Assembly: GCA_964421985.1 (NCBI GenBank)
Contig: CAYQZE010000108.1
Location: forward strand, 2,224 to 66,223
Source of the DNA: an uncultured Dehalococcoidia bacterium
GTDB lineage: Bacteria > Chloroflexota > Dehalococcoidia > DSTF01 > JACRBR01
Direction of reading: 5' to 3'
Length of the DNA stretch: 64,000 bases
The notes below the pieces were generated by a model, which saw nothing but the letters and a program-made list of their open reading frames with translations, searched no databases and had not been told where the DNA came from. Positions 1 to 9,390 of the stretch are shown here, piece after piece (the first letter of the stretch is position 1; each line of letters opens with the position of its first letter). The translations under genes and the position numbers were made by a program.

Positions 1-834
1 CGCATCTTCGCCGCGCAGGGAGTACGCAAGCTGCGCCTCACCGGCGGCGAGCCGTTACTGCGCCACGCTGTGCCGTCGCTGGTGCGGATGCTTGCGGCGA
101 TCCCGAACATCGACATCGCCCTGACGACGAACGGGTCGCTGCTCGCCGACCAGGCCGTCGCGCTTGCCGATGCGGGACTCAAGCGCATCACGGTCAGCCT
201 CGATTCGCTCGACGACGCCGTCTTCCGCAGCATGAACGACGCCGGCTTCCCGGTCGCGCGCGTGCTCGACGGGATCGCCGCCGCGGACGCCGCGGGCCTC
301 AAGCCCCTGAAGATCAACGCGGTCGTGCGCCGCGGCGTCAACGACCATACAGTCGTCGACCTCGCGCGCCACTTCCGCGGCGCCGGCCACATCGTCCGCT
401 TCATCGAGTACATGGACGTGGGACACAGCAACGGCTGGCGGCTCGACGACGTTGTACCCGGCGACGAGATCGTGCGGATGATCGGCGCCGAGATGCCGCT
501 GGAGCGCGCGGACGCCAGCTACGGCGGCGAAGTGGCACAGCGCTGGCGCTATGCGGATGGCGGCGGCGAGATCGGGGTGATCACGTCGGTCACACAACCG
601 TTCTGCGGGAGCTGCACCCGCGCGCGCATCTCCGCTGAAGGAAAGCTCTACACGTGCCTGTTCGCGACCGAAGGGACCGACCTGCGCGCGCTCCTGCGCG
701 CCGGAAGCGATAACGCTGCCATCGCCGCCGCCATCGCCGCCGTGTGGGGCGCACGGGACGACCGGTACTCAGAACTGCGCTCGCAGGCGACGGCAGCCCT
801 GCCGAAGATCGAGATGTCCTACATTGGCGGCTGA
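1..834 (+). CDS. moaA: GTP 3',8-cyclase MoaA, C-terminal part (5' end lies outside the window)
   Basis: Frame 1 is open from nt 1 ([20 protein letters not shown]...) and runs into ORF 70..834. It carries the C-terminal auxiliary-cluster region [21 protein letters not shown] typical of MoaA, and moaC follows. Confidence 0.9.
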   Translation, partial: RIFAAQGVRKLRLTGGEPLLRHAVPSLVRMLAAIPNIDIALTTNGSLLADQAVALADAGLKRITVSLDSLDDAVFRSMNDAGFPVARVLDGIAAADAAGLKPLKINAVVRRGVNDHTVVDLARHFRGAGHIVRFIEYMDVGHSNGWRLDDVVPGDEIVRMIGAEMPLERADASYGGEVAQRWRYADGGGEIGVITSVTQPFCGSCTRARISAEGKLYTCLFATEGTDLRALLRAGSDNAAIAAAIAAVWGARDDRYSELRSQATAALPKIEMSYIGG

Positions 835-911
835 CGCCGGCAAATGTTCGCGTCCCGCCCTTCCGCGAAATCCGTGTAATCCTTGTTTCCTCGCCGTGAT
901 ACCCTGCCGAC

Positions 912-1421
912 ATGACGGCTGCACCAGACCCCGACGAGGCGTTCGGCAAGCTCTCGCACATCGGCGCATCCGGCCGTGCGAAGATGGTCGACGTCACCGC
1001 GAAGGACGACACGAAGCGGGAAGCAACAGCACGCGGCCGCATCGTCATGCGCCGCGAGACGCTCGCGCTGATCCAGCACGCCGGCCTCCCGAAGGGCGAC
1101 GTGCTGGCCGTCGCGCAGATCGCCGGCGTTATGGCCGCGAAGCGCACGCACGAGCTGATCCCCATGTGCCATCCGCTCCTGCTCACGGGCATCGCCGTCA
1201 CACTGACGCCGAATGAGGCGCGCTCCTGCGTCGAGATAGAGGCCACAGTGCGCACGACGGGCAAGACCGGCGTAGAGATGGAAGCGCTGACGGCGGTGTC
1301 GATCGCCGCCCTCACCGTGTACGACATGTGCAAAGCCGTCGACCGCGGCATGCGCATCGAGCAGACGAAGCTCGTCCGTAAGGCGGGCGGCAAGTCCGGC
1401 GAGTGGACCGCCCCGCGCTGA
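912..1421 (+). CDS. moaC: cyclic pyranopterin monophosphate synthase MoaC
   Basis: The 169-aa ORF contains [13 protein letters not shown] and [23 protein letters not shown], the MoaC family signature regions. It lies directly after moaA. Confidence 0.92.
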   Translation: MTAAPDPDEAFGKLSHIGASGRAKMVDVTAKDDTKREATARGRIVMRRETLALIQHAGLPKGDVLAVAQIAGVMAAKRTHELIPMCHPLLLTGIAVTLTPNEARSCVEIEATVRTTGKTGVEMEALTAVSIAALTVYDMCKAVDRGMRIEQTKLVRKAGGKSGEWTAPR

Positions 1422-1427
1422 CGGGCG

Positions 1428-2792
1428 CTACGCCTCGCGCCAGCGCACCTCATGGAGGCGTACGGGGTCCTCGAAACCGCGCAGCTCGTGCTCGCCGCGG
1501 TCGGCGAACATAAACTCTTTGCCCGCGCAGAGCTCCCGCACGACGTTCGAGACAAAGATCTCCGCGCCTGCGGCCTTCGACATGATCCGCGCCGCCAGCG
1601 TCACCGCCGCACCGAACAGATCACCGCCCTCGGCGATCGGCTCGCCGGCGTTGAGCCCGATGCGGACGCGGATCGGCTCGGCCGGATGCGCCGCATCGTG
1701 TCGCTGGAACGCCCGCTGCAGGGCGATCGCGCATTCCAGCGCGCGTGTCGCGGAGCCAAAGCTGGTCATAAATCCGTCGCCGGTGGCTTTGATCTCGCTG
1801 CCGCCGTGCGCCTTGAACAATTCACGCATGATGCGGTCGTGCTCGCGCAGCACCGCTCGCCCCTTCGCGTCGCCCAGACGCGTCATGATCTCCGTGTGGC
1901 TCTCGACGTCCGTGAACAGCACCGTCACCAACGCCCTGGCGTCGGTGACGCGCTCCGCATGCGGCAGCACCCTCGCCGCCGTCGCCGTGCCGCCATCGCC
2001 GATGAACTCGTCGAACGCGGCCAGCAACTGCGGCTCCATCTCGTTCGACCAATGCGTGACCGACTCGAGGATCCGCAGTTGCGCGCCCGGGATCGTCGCC
2101 GCCAACCGCCGCGCCATGTCCAGGGTAGGCGCCGCCACTCCGCGCGCCTGCAAAATCAGCGTCGGTACACGCAGGCGCGGCAAAAGCGGGGTGACGTCAT
2201 ACTGCTGCGCTGCCACGTAGAAGCGCCGCGCTTCTTCGATGGTTGTGCACGTACGGGCGAACGCCCCCATCTCCCGCGCGACACCTGCAAGATCCCACCC
2301 CATCTGTCCGAGCGCCCAGGTGTCCGTGAACAGCTCCCAGTCCCCCCGCTCCAGGAGGGAGAGCAACGACTGCCAGCGAGGGTGCGCGAAGTACTCCTCG
2401 CCGCTCGCCGCGCCGTCGTGCAGCACGAGGTGTGACACACGTTCGGGATTCCGAGCGGCGTAGGCGATCGCGACGGGTGCGCCGTGCTGCTCGCCGTAGA
2501 GCACGAAACGATCGAGCCCGAGTGCGTCGACCACCGCCGCGATGTCCAGCGCCATCGCGTCCACCCTGTAGTCTGCGGCATCGCGCTGCGAACAGCCGCT
2601 GCCGCGCGTATCGAAGCGGATGAGCCGCCGCCGTGACGCCATGATGCGGTACCACTCCCATTCGCGGAACTCGACCTCGATGTTGCTAAATGGCGGCACA
2701 TGCGCCGCAACGAACGGCGTCCCTGCGCCGGCCTCGCAGTAGGCGATGCTGACGCCGTCGGCGGTCGTGGCGTAACGAAGGTGGGGTTCCAT
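1428..2792 (-). CDS. alpha/beta-hydrolase fused to a class III adenylate/guanylate cyclase domain
   Basis: The N-terminal half looks like an alpha/beta hydrolase (FVLYGEQHGAP). The C-terminal half has the cyclase homology domain (VTVLFTDVESHTEIM...KATGDGFMTSF...RIGLNAGEP). The architecture resembles mycobacterial LipJ/Rv1900c. Confidence 0.85.
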   Translation of the reverse strand: MEPHLRYATTADGVSIAYCEAGAGTPFVAAHVPPFSNIEVEFREWEWYRIMASRRRLIRFDTRGSGCSQRDAADYRVDAMALDIAAVVDALGLDRFVLYGEQHGAPVAIAYAARNPERVSHLVLHDGAASGEEYFAHPRWQSLLSLLERGDWELFTDTWALGQMGWDLAGVAREMGAFARTCTTIEEARRFYVAAQQYDVTPLLPRLRVPTLILQARGVAAPTLDMARRLAATIPGAQLRILESVTHWSNEMEPQLLAAFDEFIGDGGTATAARVLPHAERVTDARALVTVLFTDVESHTEIMTRLGDAKGRAVLREHDRIMRELFKAHGGSEIKATGDGFMTSFGSATRALECAIALQRAFQRHDAAHPAEPIRVRIGLNAGEPIAEGGDLFGAAVTLAARIMSKAAGAEIFVSNVVRELCAGKEFMFADRGEHELRGFEDPVRLHEVRWREA

Positions 2793-2834
2793 ATCACCCT
2801 ATGCTACTCGACCGGCGGCCGCTGAATCGCCCGC

Positions 2835-3428
2835 CTACGATTCGGCGCGACCGATCCACTTCGCGACGGTGGGTGGCTCGTACGTGGCCAGCCGTTCCAG
2901 CAGGCGATCGGGCGCGGTGTCGTACACGAGCATCGCGCGATTCTCCGCCAGCAGGAATTGGTCGGCGACGGCGCGGTCCAGCAGCGCCATCAGGGGTTCG
3001 TAGTAGCCGTCGACGTCAAGGATGCCGCAGGGCTTCGCGTGCATCCCCAGTTGACCCCACGTCAGGACTTCGAAGAACTCCTCAAGCGTTCCCAGGCCGC
3101 CCGGCAGCGCGACGAACGCGTCGGAGAAGTCGTGCATCATCTGCTTGCGTTCGTGCATCGTCCGCACCACGTGCAGCTGCGTCAGCCCCGCGTGCGTCAC
3201 CTCCCGGTCGACGAGCGACCGTGGGATCACACCGATCACTTCGCCGCCCGCTGCGAGCGCCGCATCCGAGATGACCCCCATCAACCCGACATTGCCGCCA
3301 CCATAGACCAGCCGGATACCGCGTTGGGCAAGCAAAGCGCCGAGCTCCTTCGCCGCGGACGCGTACGCCGGCCGGTTGCCGGTGCTCGATCCGCAGAAGA
3401 CGCAGATGCTGGTGATACGCTCGACCAT
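2835..3428 (-). CDS. LOG family protein (TIGR00730-type nucleotide 5'-monophosphate nucleosidase)
   Basis: LOG hallmarks are present: YGGGNVGLMG and LPGGLGTLEEFFE (PGGxGTxxE). Confidence 0.9.
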   Translation of the reverse strand: MVERITSICVFCGSSTGNRPAYASAAKELGALLAQRGIRLVYGGGNVGLMGVISDAALAAGGEVIGVIPRSLVDREVTHAGLTQLHVVRTMHERKQMMHDFSDAFVALPGGLGTLEEFFEVLTWGQLGMHAKPCGILDVDGYYEPLMALLDRAVADQFLLAENRAMLVYDTAPDRLLERLATYEPPTVAKWIGRAES

Positions 3429-3570
3429 GGTGGCGCCATCTCATACTGACGTAGAAGGACGCCCAATCGTACAGGATGGGCGGAGCCGGCACGTCGCTTG
3501 AGCACCCCTTGTGATCGATCGTCATGGATGCGACGATGCTCCCGGCGGGCGCTCACACGCTGGAGGACGC

Positions 3571-4134
3571 ATGACCGCGGATGCAACACAGGCCGGACCG
3601 CCGCGCAAAGACGGCGCGCTCCACTTTCCTTTGCAGGAACACGAGCGGGTGCTCTCGGTGTGCCGCAAGCACTGGATCTACCTGTGGCCGCGCACGGTGT
3701 TCCTCGCCCTCTTCGCGATCGTCCCGGTGATCGTCGGCGCTGTGGTGATGTCGAAGACCGCGGGCTTTGACGGCACGCCGGGCAAGGTGTTCTGGATCGT
3801 CGCGCTCCTCTATCTCGCGTACGGCGCTCTCCGCGCGTACCTGAACTGGTACCGCTACCACAACGACATCTGGGTGGTGACGGACCAGCGGATCATCGAC
3901 AGCACGAAGGCGAACCCGTTCAGCCTCAAGATTTCCACGGCCGACCTGGTGAACGTGCAGGACATGACCGTCGAGCGCAGCGGCATCCTCCGCACGATGC
4001 TCAACTACGGCGACGTGATCTGCCAGACGGCCGCCGACATCCAGGAGTTTCGCCTCGCCGGGATCCCCGATCCGCAATCGGTCCAACTCCTCGTCGACAA
4101 AGAGCGCGATCGCGAGCGCACCCGGGGGCGTTAA
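3571..4134 (+). CDS. membrane-flanked bacterial PH (bPH_2/YdbT-like) domain protein
   Basis: Two predicted TM helices (IYLWPRTVFLALFAIVPVIVGAVVM, VFWIVALLYLAYGAL) are followed by a PH-like region (WVVTDQRIID...). I chose the internal ATG at 3571 because a GGAGGA Shine-Dalgarno lies 5 nt upstream. The track ORF begins at 3511. Confidence 0.7.
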   Translation: MTADATQAGPPRKDGALHFPLQEHERVLSVCRKHWIYLWPRTVFLALFAIVPVIVGAVVMSKTAGFDGTPGKVFWIVALLYLAYGALRAYLNWYRYHNDIWVVTDQRIIDSTKANPFSLKISTADLVNVQDMTVERSGILRTMLNYGDVICQTAADIQEFRLAGIPDPQSVQLLVDKERDRERTRGR

Positions 4135-4158
4135 GGCACAGTCGAAAGGAGGCATCAG

Positions 4159-4959
4159 TTGCCATTCGCCACGAACGCCATCGATGGACTCCGCGTCTAC
4201 TACGAGGACGACGGCGGCGCCGGACCGCCCGTCGTCTTCCTGTCCGGGCTAAGCGGTCCCGTATCGCTCTTCCGCAGCTGGGGCATCTCGATGGCGCTAG
4301 GGGGAGATTCCCGCCGCATCTACATTGACCATCGCGGCCACGGCCGGAGCGACAAGCCACACGCGCCGGAAGCGTACGCGACGCCTCTACGCGTAGCCGA
4401 CGTCGTTGCAGCCCTGGACGCCATCGGAGTCGAACAGGCTCATTTCATCGGAGCGTCGTGGGGCGCACGACTGGCGTTCGGCGTTGGCGATCACGCAAGC
4501 GAGCGAGTCCTATCCCTGACAATGGGCGGCCAAACGCCCTACGCAATGAATCCTGACGGACCGCTCGTCAGGGCGGTGACAAAATCGATGGAGGCCGCAC
4601 CGGCCGAGAGAATGGGCGCGTGGGTGAGCGTCCTCGTCGCGTTCGGCATGGACGAGACCGCCGCGCGGGAGTTGGAAGACAACGACGCGCAGGCGATCAG
4701 CGCCGCGTGGCGTGGCGCCCTGACGGAGGGTGCTGCGGCGCGGAACCTCTCGGCGTGGAACGTGCCTTGCCTTGTGTACGCCGGCTCGGAGGACGCCGAC
4801 TTCTTCGCCGGAGCGAAGCGGGCGGCAGGTGAGATACCGGGCGCGCACTTCGTGGCACTCGAGGGGCTGAATCACGTGCAGGCGCATGCGAACGTCGACG
4901 AGGTGCTGCCGCACATCAGGAGCATGATCAACGGATCGACGGCGGGAAGGCGAGACTAA
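4159..4959 (+). CDS. alpha/beta hydrolase
   Basis: Contains HRGHGRSD and the nucleophile elbow GASWG. It uses a TTG start preceded by GAAAGGAGG. Confidence 0.8.
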   Translation: MPFATNAIDGLRVYYEDDGGAGPPVVFLSGLSGPVSLFRSWGISMALGGDSRRIYIDHRGHGRSDKPHAPEAYATPLRVADVVAALDAIGVEQAHFIGASWGARLAFGVGDHASERVLSLTMGGQTPYAMNPDGPLVRAVTKSMEAAPAERMGAWVSVLVAFGMDETAARELEDNDAQAISAAWRGALTEGAAARNLSAWNVPCLVYAGSEDADFFAGAKRAAGEIPGAHFVALEGLNHVQAHANVDEVLPHIRSMINGSTAGRRD

Positions 4960-5040
4960 CGCCTCGAACGGTTCGTTCAAAGGCGTCGTCCGTGTACGCT
5001 GTCATCCCTCGCTGACGTTCACACACAAGGAGGTTGCATC

Positions 5041-5892
5041 ATGAAGGACCTGCGCGGCGCCAACGCCATCGTTACGGGCGCATCACGCGGCATCGGGCCG
5101 TATATCGCCAGGACGCTCGCGGCACAGGGCGTCAATGTCGCCCTCGCCGCCCGCTCCGCGGACAAGCTCGAGGAGACGCGGCGGGCCTGTGAGTCGCTGG
5201 GCGTGAAAGCGATCGCCGTCGCCACCGATGTCACATCGATGGACGCGTTGCGCCGCCTCGTCGCGACAGCGGAAGCCGAACTCGGCGCGATCGACATTCT
5301 CGTGAACAATGCCGGCATCGAGACGACGGGCGCGCTGGAGACCCTCACCTTCGAGCAGATCGACGATCTGTTGCGGACGAATCTCAACGCACCGATCTGG
5401 TTGTCGAAGATGGTGCTGCCAGGCATGTTGGCCCGCAAGCGCGGCGCCGTCGTGCACGTGTCGTCGATGGCAGGCAAGTCCGGCGCGCCGTACAACTCGA
5501 CATATTCGGCGAGCAAGTTCGGGCTAAACGGATTCTCCGACTCCGTGAATTTTGAACTCGATGGCACGGGCGTCCACATGAGCGTCGTCTGTCCCGGCTT
5601 CGTCAGCGAGGCCGGCATGTGGAAGAACCGGGGCGGCAAGGCCCCCAGGATGGCGCGTGAAGTATCGCCCCAGAAGGTCGCGGACAGCGTGCTGAAGGCG
5701 GTCCGGGGCGCCCGGGAAGTGCTAGTGATGCCGACGCCGATCCGGCCGCTGCTGGCGCTCGCCCAACTGGCGCCAGGTGTGGAGCGGGCGATCGTCAAGC
5801 GGATGGGCATCGTCGCCGCGATGCGCGACAACCCGCAGCCCGCCCCCGCCGCACGCGAACGCGAAACCTCGGATACCGCTTCGCGCCAGTGA
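5041..5892 (+). CDS. SDR family oxidoreductase
   Basis: Has the TGASRGIG cofactor motif, NNAG, and the YSASK (YxxxK) catalytic motif. A strong AAGGAGG RBS precedes the start. Confidence 0.9.
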   Translation: MKDLRGANAIVTGASRGIGPYIARTLAAQGVNVALAARSADKLEETRRACESLGVKAIAVATDVTSMDALRRLVATAEAELGAIDILVNNAGIETTGALETLTFEQIDDLLRTNLNAPIWLSKMVLPGMLARKRGAVVHVSSMAGKSGAPYNSTYSASKFGLNGFSDSVNFELDGTGVHMSVVCPGFVSEAGMWKNRGGKAPRMAREVSPQKVADSVLKAVRGAREVLVMPTPIRPLLALAQLAPGVERAIVKRMGIVAAMRDNPQPAPAARERETSDTASRQ

Positions 5893-5947
5893 ACGGCCGA
5901 CCGCCGCTGCGGCATCGTGCCCGAAACCGTGCTGACAGCGCCGCAAG

Positions 5948-6388
5948 ATGCCGATGCTTCAGGTGATGGATGACGTTCGGCCACGATTGAGCCACGCCGT
6001 AGATGAGATGCTTGCCGCCGGCATTGAGCCGGTGTTCCTGGTCGTCGAATTGCTCGGCGCGGAGTACCTCAGGCCTCAGCTCGGCGGCGAGAGCCTCAGC
6101 AAGTTCCACACAGCGGTCGCGGACGCGATCGTCAGTGCGGCGCGGGGCGGGGCGGCGTTGTCATACGACGATACCTGCATCATCGGCATCCTGCCTGGCC
6201 CCGACCGTCTCAAGACCTTCGCATTGATCGAGAAACTGCGTCGCGCACTGCCAATCCAGGCGCAGTCCTTCGACTGCGTTTTGCAGCCGGACTTCGACGT
6301 GCTGGAGTACGATCCGGGGACGGGCATCGGGGGCGTCATGGCCCAGGTCGTCACGAGACGGCTGATGGCGACGCGCGAAGCCGCCTGA
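5948..6388 (+). CDS. hypothetical protein, possibly a degenerate stand-alone GGDEF-like domain
   Basis: The 146-aa ORF resembles the GGDEF fold pattern (VFLVVELLG...FHTAVADAIV...YDDTCIIGILPG...), but YDDTC replaces GGDEF. No clear RBS. Confidence 0.5.
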   Translation: MPMLQVMDDVRPRLSHAVDEMLAAGIEPVFLVVELLGAEYLRPQLGGESLSKFHTAVADAIVSAARGGAALSYDDTCIIGILPGPDRLKTFALIEKLRRALPIQAQSFDCVLQPDFDVLEYDPGTGIGGVMAQVVTRRLMATREAA

Positions 6389-6539
6389 AGGCGCTGCGGA
6401 AACCGCATCGGGGACACGCTTGTCGCCGCTGCACTCGACCGCCACAATCCCAACTATGATACGGCGCTCCATTGAACGCCCTCACCTGGTCGGCTGACCA
6501 CTTGACCGAACGGCCGCCACGATCTCACAATTGCCAAAG

Positions 6540-6553
6540 TTAGCGAGCGCTAA
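6540..6553. promoter_or_regulatory. palindrome TTAGC-N4-GCTAA, candidate operator upstream of ferritin-like gene 1
   Basis: TTAGCgagcGCTAA lies 27-40 nt upstream of the ATG at 6580 and just downstream of a possible TTGACC-N18-CACAAT promoter. The same half-sites recur at 25998..26015. Confidence 0.4.
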
Positions 6554-6579
6554 GCTAAGGACATCAGGAGGGTCGCCTC

Positions 6580-7941
6580 ATGGCAGAGACCATCACCATC
6601 CCCGCCGATCTCGTCGCGAAAGCGCGGGAAAAGGGCTGGCCCGACGACCTTGTGCAGCAGGCGCTGGGTGCGGGTGCATCGGCCGAACAGATCATCGGCT
6701 ACCTCGACCAGGGAGTGACCGCCGAGCAGGCGCGCGGCTTCCTCGCGGCGCAGGCGGGAGCCGGCCCTGAACCGTCGGCCGAACTGAAGACGGCGGCGGC
6801 GGCGGCGCAGTGGCCGGACGACTTGATCAAGCAGGCGCTCGCGGCGGGCGCCTCTGAGACTGACTTGATGAACTTCATAAACATGGGCATCACCGCCGAC
6901 CAGGCGCGCGAGTTCATGGCGCAGGGCGGCCCGCCGCAACTCGACTTGAGCTGGATGCACGTGCCGACCGAGTGGAACACGCGGGCCAAACCGACGAAGC
7001 ACGGGCTGACGCTGGAAGCGATCAACATCGGCAAGTACGGCGAGATCCCCGACGAGTGGCCGTATCAGACGGAGATGCCGCGCGGCGCGGTCCCCATCCC
7101 GGGCGTCGAGTCGATGGGGTACTCCATCTTCCAGAAGCAAGAGGTCTGGTCGGACAACTGCGCTCGCTTGTACGAAGAGGCGATCCAACGCCGCTGGCGC
7201 CCGGCCACAGACGTGCCGTGGGCGTCGATCGAGCCGCTCGCGGAGGACGTCGAGAGGGCGATCTGCCAGATCTGCACGCATATCTCGGAAAAGGAGCAGA
7301 TGGAGGCCGACGTCCTCAGTCGATGGGAGCCCGACATCTCCTACGGCTACCACGAGGTCAAGCTCTACCTGGCGACAACGATCTTCGAGAACGTGCGGGC
7401 GGTTGAGGTGTTTCGCAAGCGCGCCCTCTCGAACGGTGGCGGGCTCGGAGTGCAATCGCCCGGCTGGGGGTTCCGCTCCATCGTCGACGCTCGGAACTTC
7501 ACCGAGATGGTGGCGATCCAGATGGTGCTGCAGGACAGCCTTACGCTGGCGCAGTACCAGTACCTCGAGAAGTACGCCAAGAACCCGGCGGAGCAGTACA
7601 TCGCCGCGCACGCCATGCAGGACAAGGCGCGCCACCTCGCATACGCGGTCAGCCACCTGCAGTACGTGATGATGCATCGTTCGGAGCGGCGAGAGGAGAT
7701 CATGCGCTACCTCGACAAGGGCGAGGGCATGATGCTCCAGGACGACAAGAAAGGCCCCGCCACGCGCGAGGCGTTCGCGGTCTACTTCGGCGGCGGCAAG
7801 GACAACATCCAGGACGGCATGCGGATCTACCGCGAGATGCGCAAGCGGGCCGTCGAGCAGTACCTTGCGCGGCTGAAGTGGGCTACGATTGAGCGCGCGG
7901 ATCGGCTCGCCCCGGAACTGCGGGCCTACCTCGAGTCATAA
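6580..7941 (+). CDS. ferritin-like four-helix-bundle domain protein, paralog 1 (metal-ligand motif degenerate)
   Basis: 453 aa with an AGGAGGG RBS. It is a paralog of the 44511 and 45803 genes, sharing LDLSW, YEEAIQRRWRPATDVPW and FRKRALxNGxGL. It also has an N-terminal tandem ~40-aa repeat (WPDDL[VI].QAL.AGAS...G[VI]TA[ED]QAR.F). Confidence 0.8.
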   Translation: MAETITIPADLVAKAREKGWPDDLVQQALGAGASAEQIIGYLDQGVTAEQARGFLAAQAGAGPEPSAELKTAAAAAQWPDDLIKQALAAGASETDLMNFINMGITADQAREFMAQGGPPQLDLSWMHVPTEWNTRAKPTKHGLTLEAINIGKYGEIPDEWPYQTEMPRGAVPIPGVESMGYSIFQKQEVWSDNCARLYEEAIQRRWRPATDVPWASIEPLAEDVERAICQICTHISEKEQMEADVLSRWEPDISYGYHEVKLYLATTIFENVRAVEVFRKRALSNGGGLGVQSPGWGFRSIVDARNFTEMVAIQMVLQDSLTLAQYQYLEKYAKNPAEQYIAAHAMQDKARHLAYAVSHLQYVMMHRSERREEIMRYLDKGEGMMLQDDKKGPATREAFAVYFGGGKDNIQDGMRIYREMRKRAVEQYLARLKWATIERADRLAPELRAYLES

Positions 7942-8011
7942 GGACGCAGGCGGACGCAGTCCGCGTAACCGGCCGCACTCCAACGTGCGCCCGCAGCAGG
8001 AGGACACCGAC

Positions 8012-8452
8012 ATGCCATCGTTCCCGTCCGTCGACTGGTTCAACGCGATCAAGGACATCGTCAACAAGGATCCGGACTTCCGGGCGCTCGGCACCGTCGA
8101 CTGCCTCATGGGCGTGAGAGTCGGGAACAAGATCTTCGAGCTGACATTCGACGCATTCGAGTGCACGACGGTCCGCGAAGCCGGCGAAAACGACCTGCGC
8201 GACATGGACTTCTGGCTCGAGCAGCCGTATGACAAATGGGTGGAGATGATCGAGAACATCAAGAAGCACGGCAAGTCGGACCTTTCTCACACGCTCAACA
8301 CCATCGACCTGAGCATGCCCGAGGGTCTGGCGCGCGCTCACGACGGCTACCGCCGCGACGCGTTCTACCGGTTCAACCAGTCGATCCAGGACTTCTTCAA
8401 CGCCTCGGCGAAGATCGATACGAAGTTCCTGGCCGAAGCCGCCGTCGCCTAA
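8012..8452 (+). CDS. SCP2/sterol-carrier-like domain protein (tentative)
   Basis: I chose the internal ATG at 8012 within track ORF 7889..8452, preceded by GCAGGAGGA. The sequence pattern (DWFNAIKDIVNKDPDFRALGTVDCLMGVRVGNKIFELTFD...) resembles SCP2-type lipid-binding domains. Confidence 0.6.
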   Translation: MPSFPSVDWFNAIKDIVNKDPDFRALGTVDCLMGVRVGNKIFELTFDAFECTTVREAGENDLRDMDFWLEQPYDKWVEMIENIKKHGKSDLSHTLNTIDLSMPEGLARAHDGYRRDAFYRFNQSIQDFFNASAKIDTKFLAEAAVA

Positions 8453-8574
8453 GCGGCGACGCACCACGCGGACACGCAGAGAACCCCGGCGACCTCCGCC
8501 GGGGCCTTCCTTACCTCCTGAGCGCATCGCCTTCACCGCCGCGCCTCGTCCGGGCTGTGCTACGATGCGCCGCC

Positions 8575-9372
8575 ATGAGCAACGCCCAGTCCCATCTCGC
8601 CCGCCGCGCGCTCGCCGTCAATCAGGCGAACCTGGCGATTGGGCACGAGACCTTCATGGCCGACGGTGCGACGTTTGTGCGTAACCGCGCGTACCCGCGC
8701 GTCTACGACGCCAACCACCTGGCTCACATCACTGCCGCGACGACGGAGCAGATCGATCGCTTGCTGGCGCGAGCCGATGCAGAGTTCGCGCACTGCACGC
8801 ATCGCCGGTACCAAATCGATTTCATGACACCGCCGGCGTTCGAGGCGCGGATGCAACTGGATGGCTACACCCATACGGATGCGCTCGTCATGCTGCTTGA
8901 AGGTGAGCTCAGCGGCACGCCCACGTCGTGCGATATCCGCTCCATCGACAGCGACGCCGCACGGGAGGCATTCTTCGTGCTCAACGCGCAGGACTGGCAC
9001 GAGTACGCCACCCGCCTCGGCAAGAGCGAAGGCGAGACAGCGGGCATCGACCTCGCGCACACCCAGATGCGGAAGTCGCCGCCGGTGCGCTACTGGCTCG
9101 TCTACGCCGATGGCGAGCCGCGAGGCTACTTCAGCGCCTGGGAGGGCGTCGACGGCGTCGGGCAGGTCGAGAACCTCTTCGTGCAGGCCGAGTATCGCCA
9201 CCGCGGCCTCGCAACGGCGCTGATCCACCACTGCGTCGCGGATGCGCGCGCTCACGGCGCCGGCCCCGTCGTCATCGTCGCCGACGCGTCGGACACGCCG
9301 AAGCAGATGTACGCCTCGGTGGGCTTCCGTCCCGTTGCGACTAAGCGCGAGTACTTGAAGGTGATTGGTTAG
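8575..9372 (+). CDS. GNAT family N-acetyltransferase
   Basis: Uses the internal ATG at 8575 of track ORF 8236..9372. The acetyl-CoA-binding motif region is present (VENLFVQAEYRHRGLATALI). Confidence 0.8.
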   Translation: MSNAQSHLARRALAVNQANLAIGHETFMADGATFVRNRAYPRVYDANHLAHITAATTEQIDRLLARADAEFAHCTHRRYQIDFMTPPAFEARMQLDGYTHTDALVMLLEGELSGTPTSCDIRSIDSDAAREAFFVLNAQDWHEYATRLGKSEGETAGIDLAHTQMRKSPPVRYWLVYADGEPRGYFSAWEGVDGVGQVENLFVQAEYRHRGLATALIHHCVADARAHGAGPVVIVADASDTPKQMYASVGFRPVATKREYLKVIG

Positions 9373-9390
9373 TCGCCCGCCGTCGGTCGC

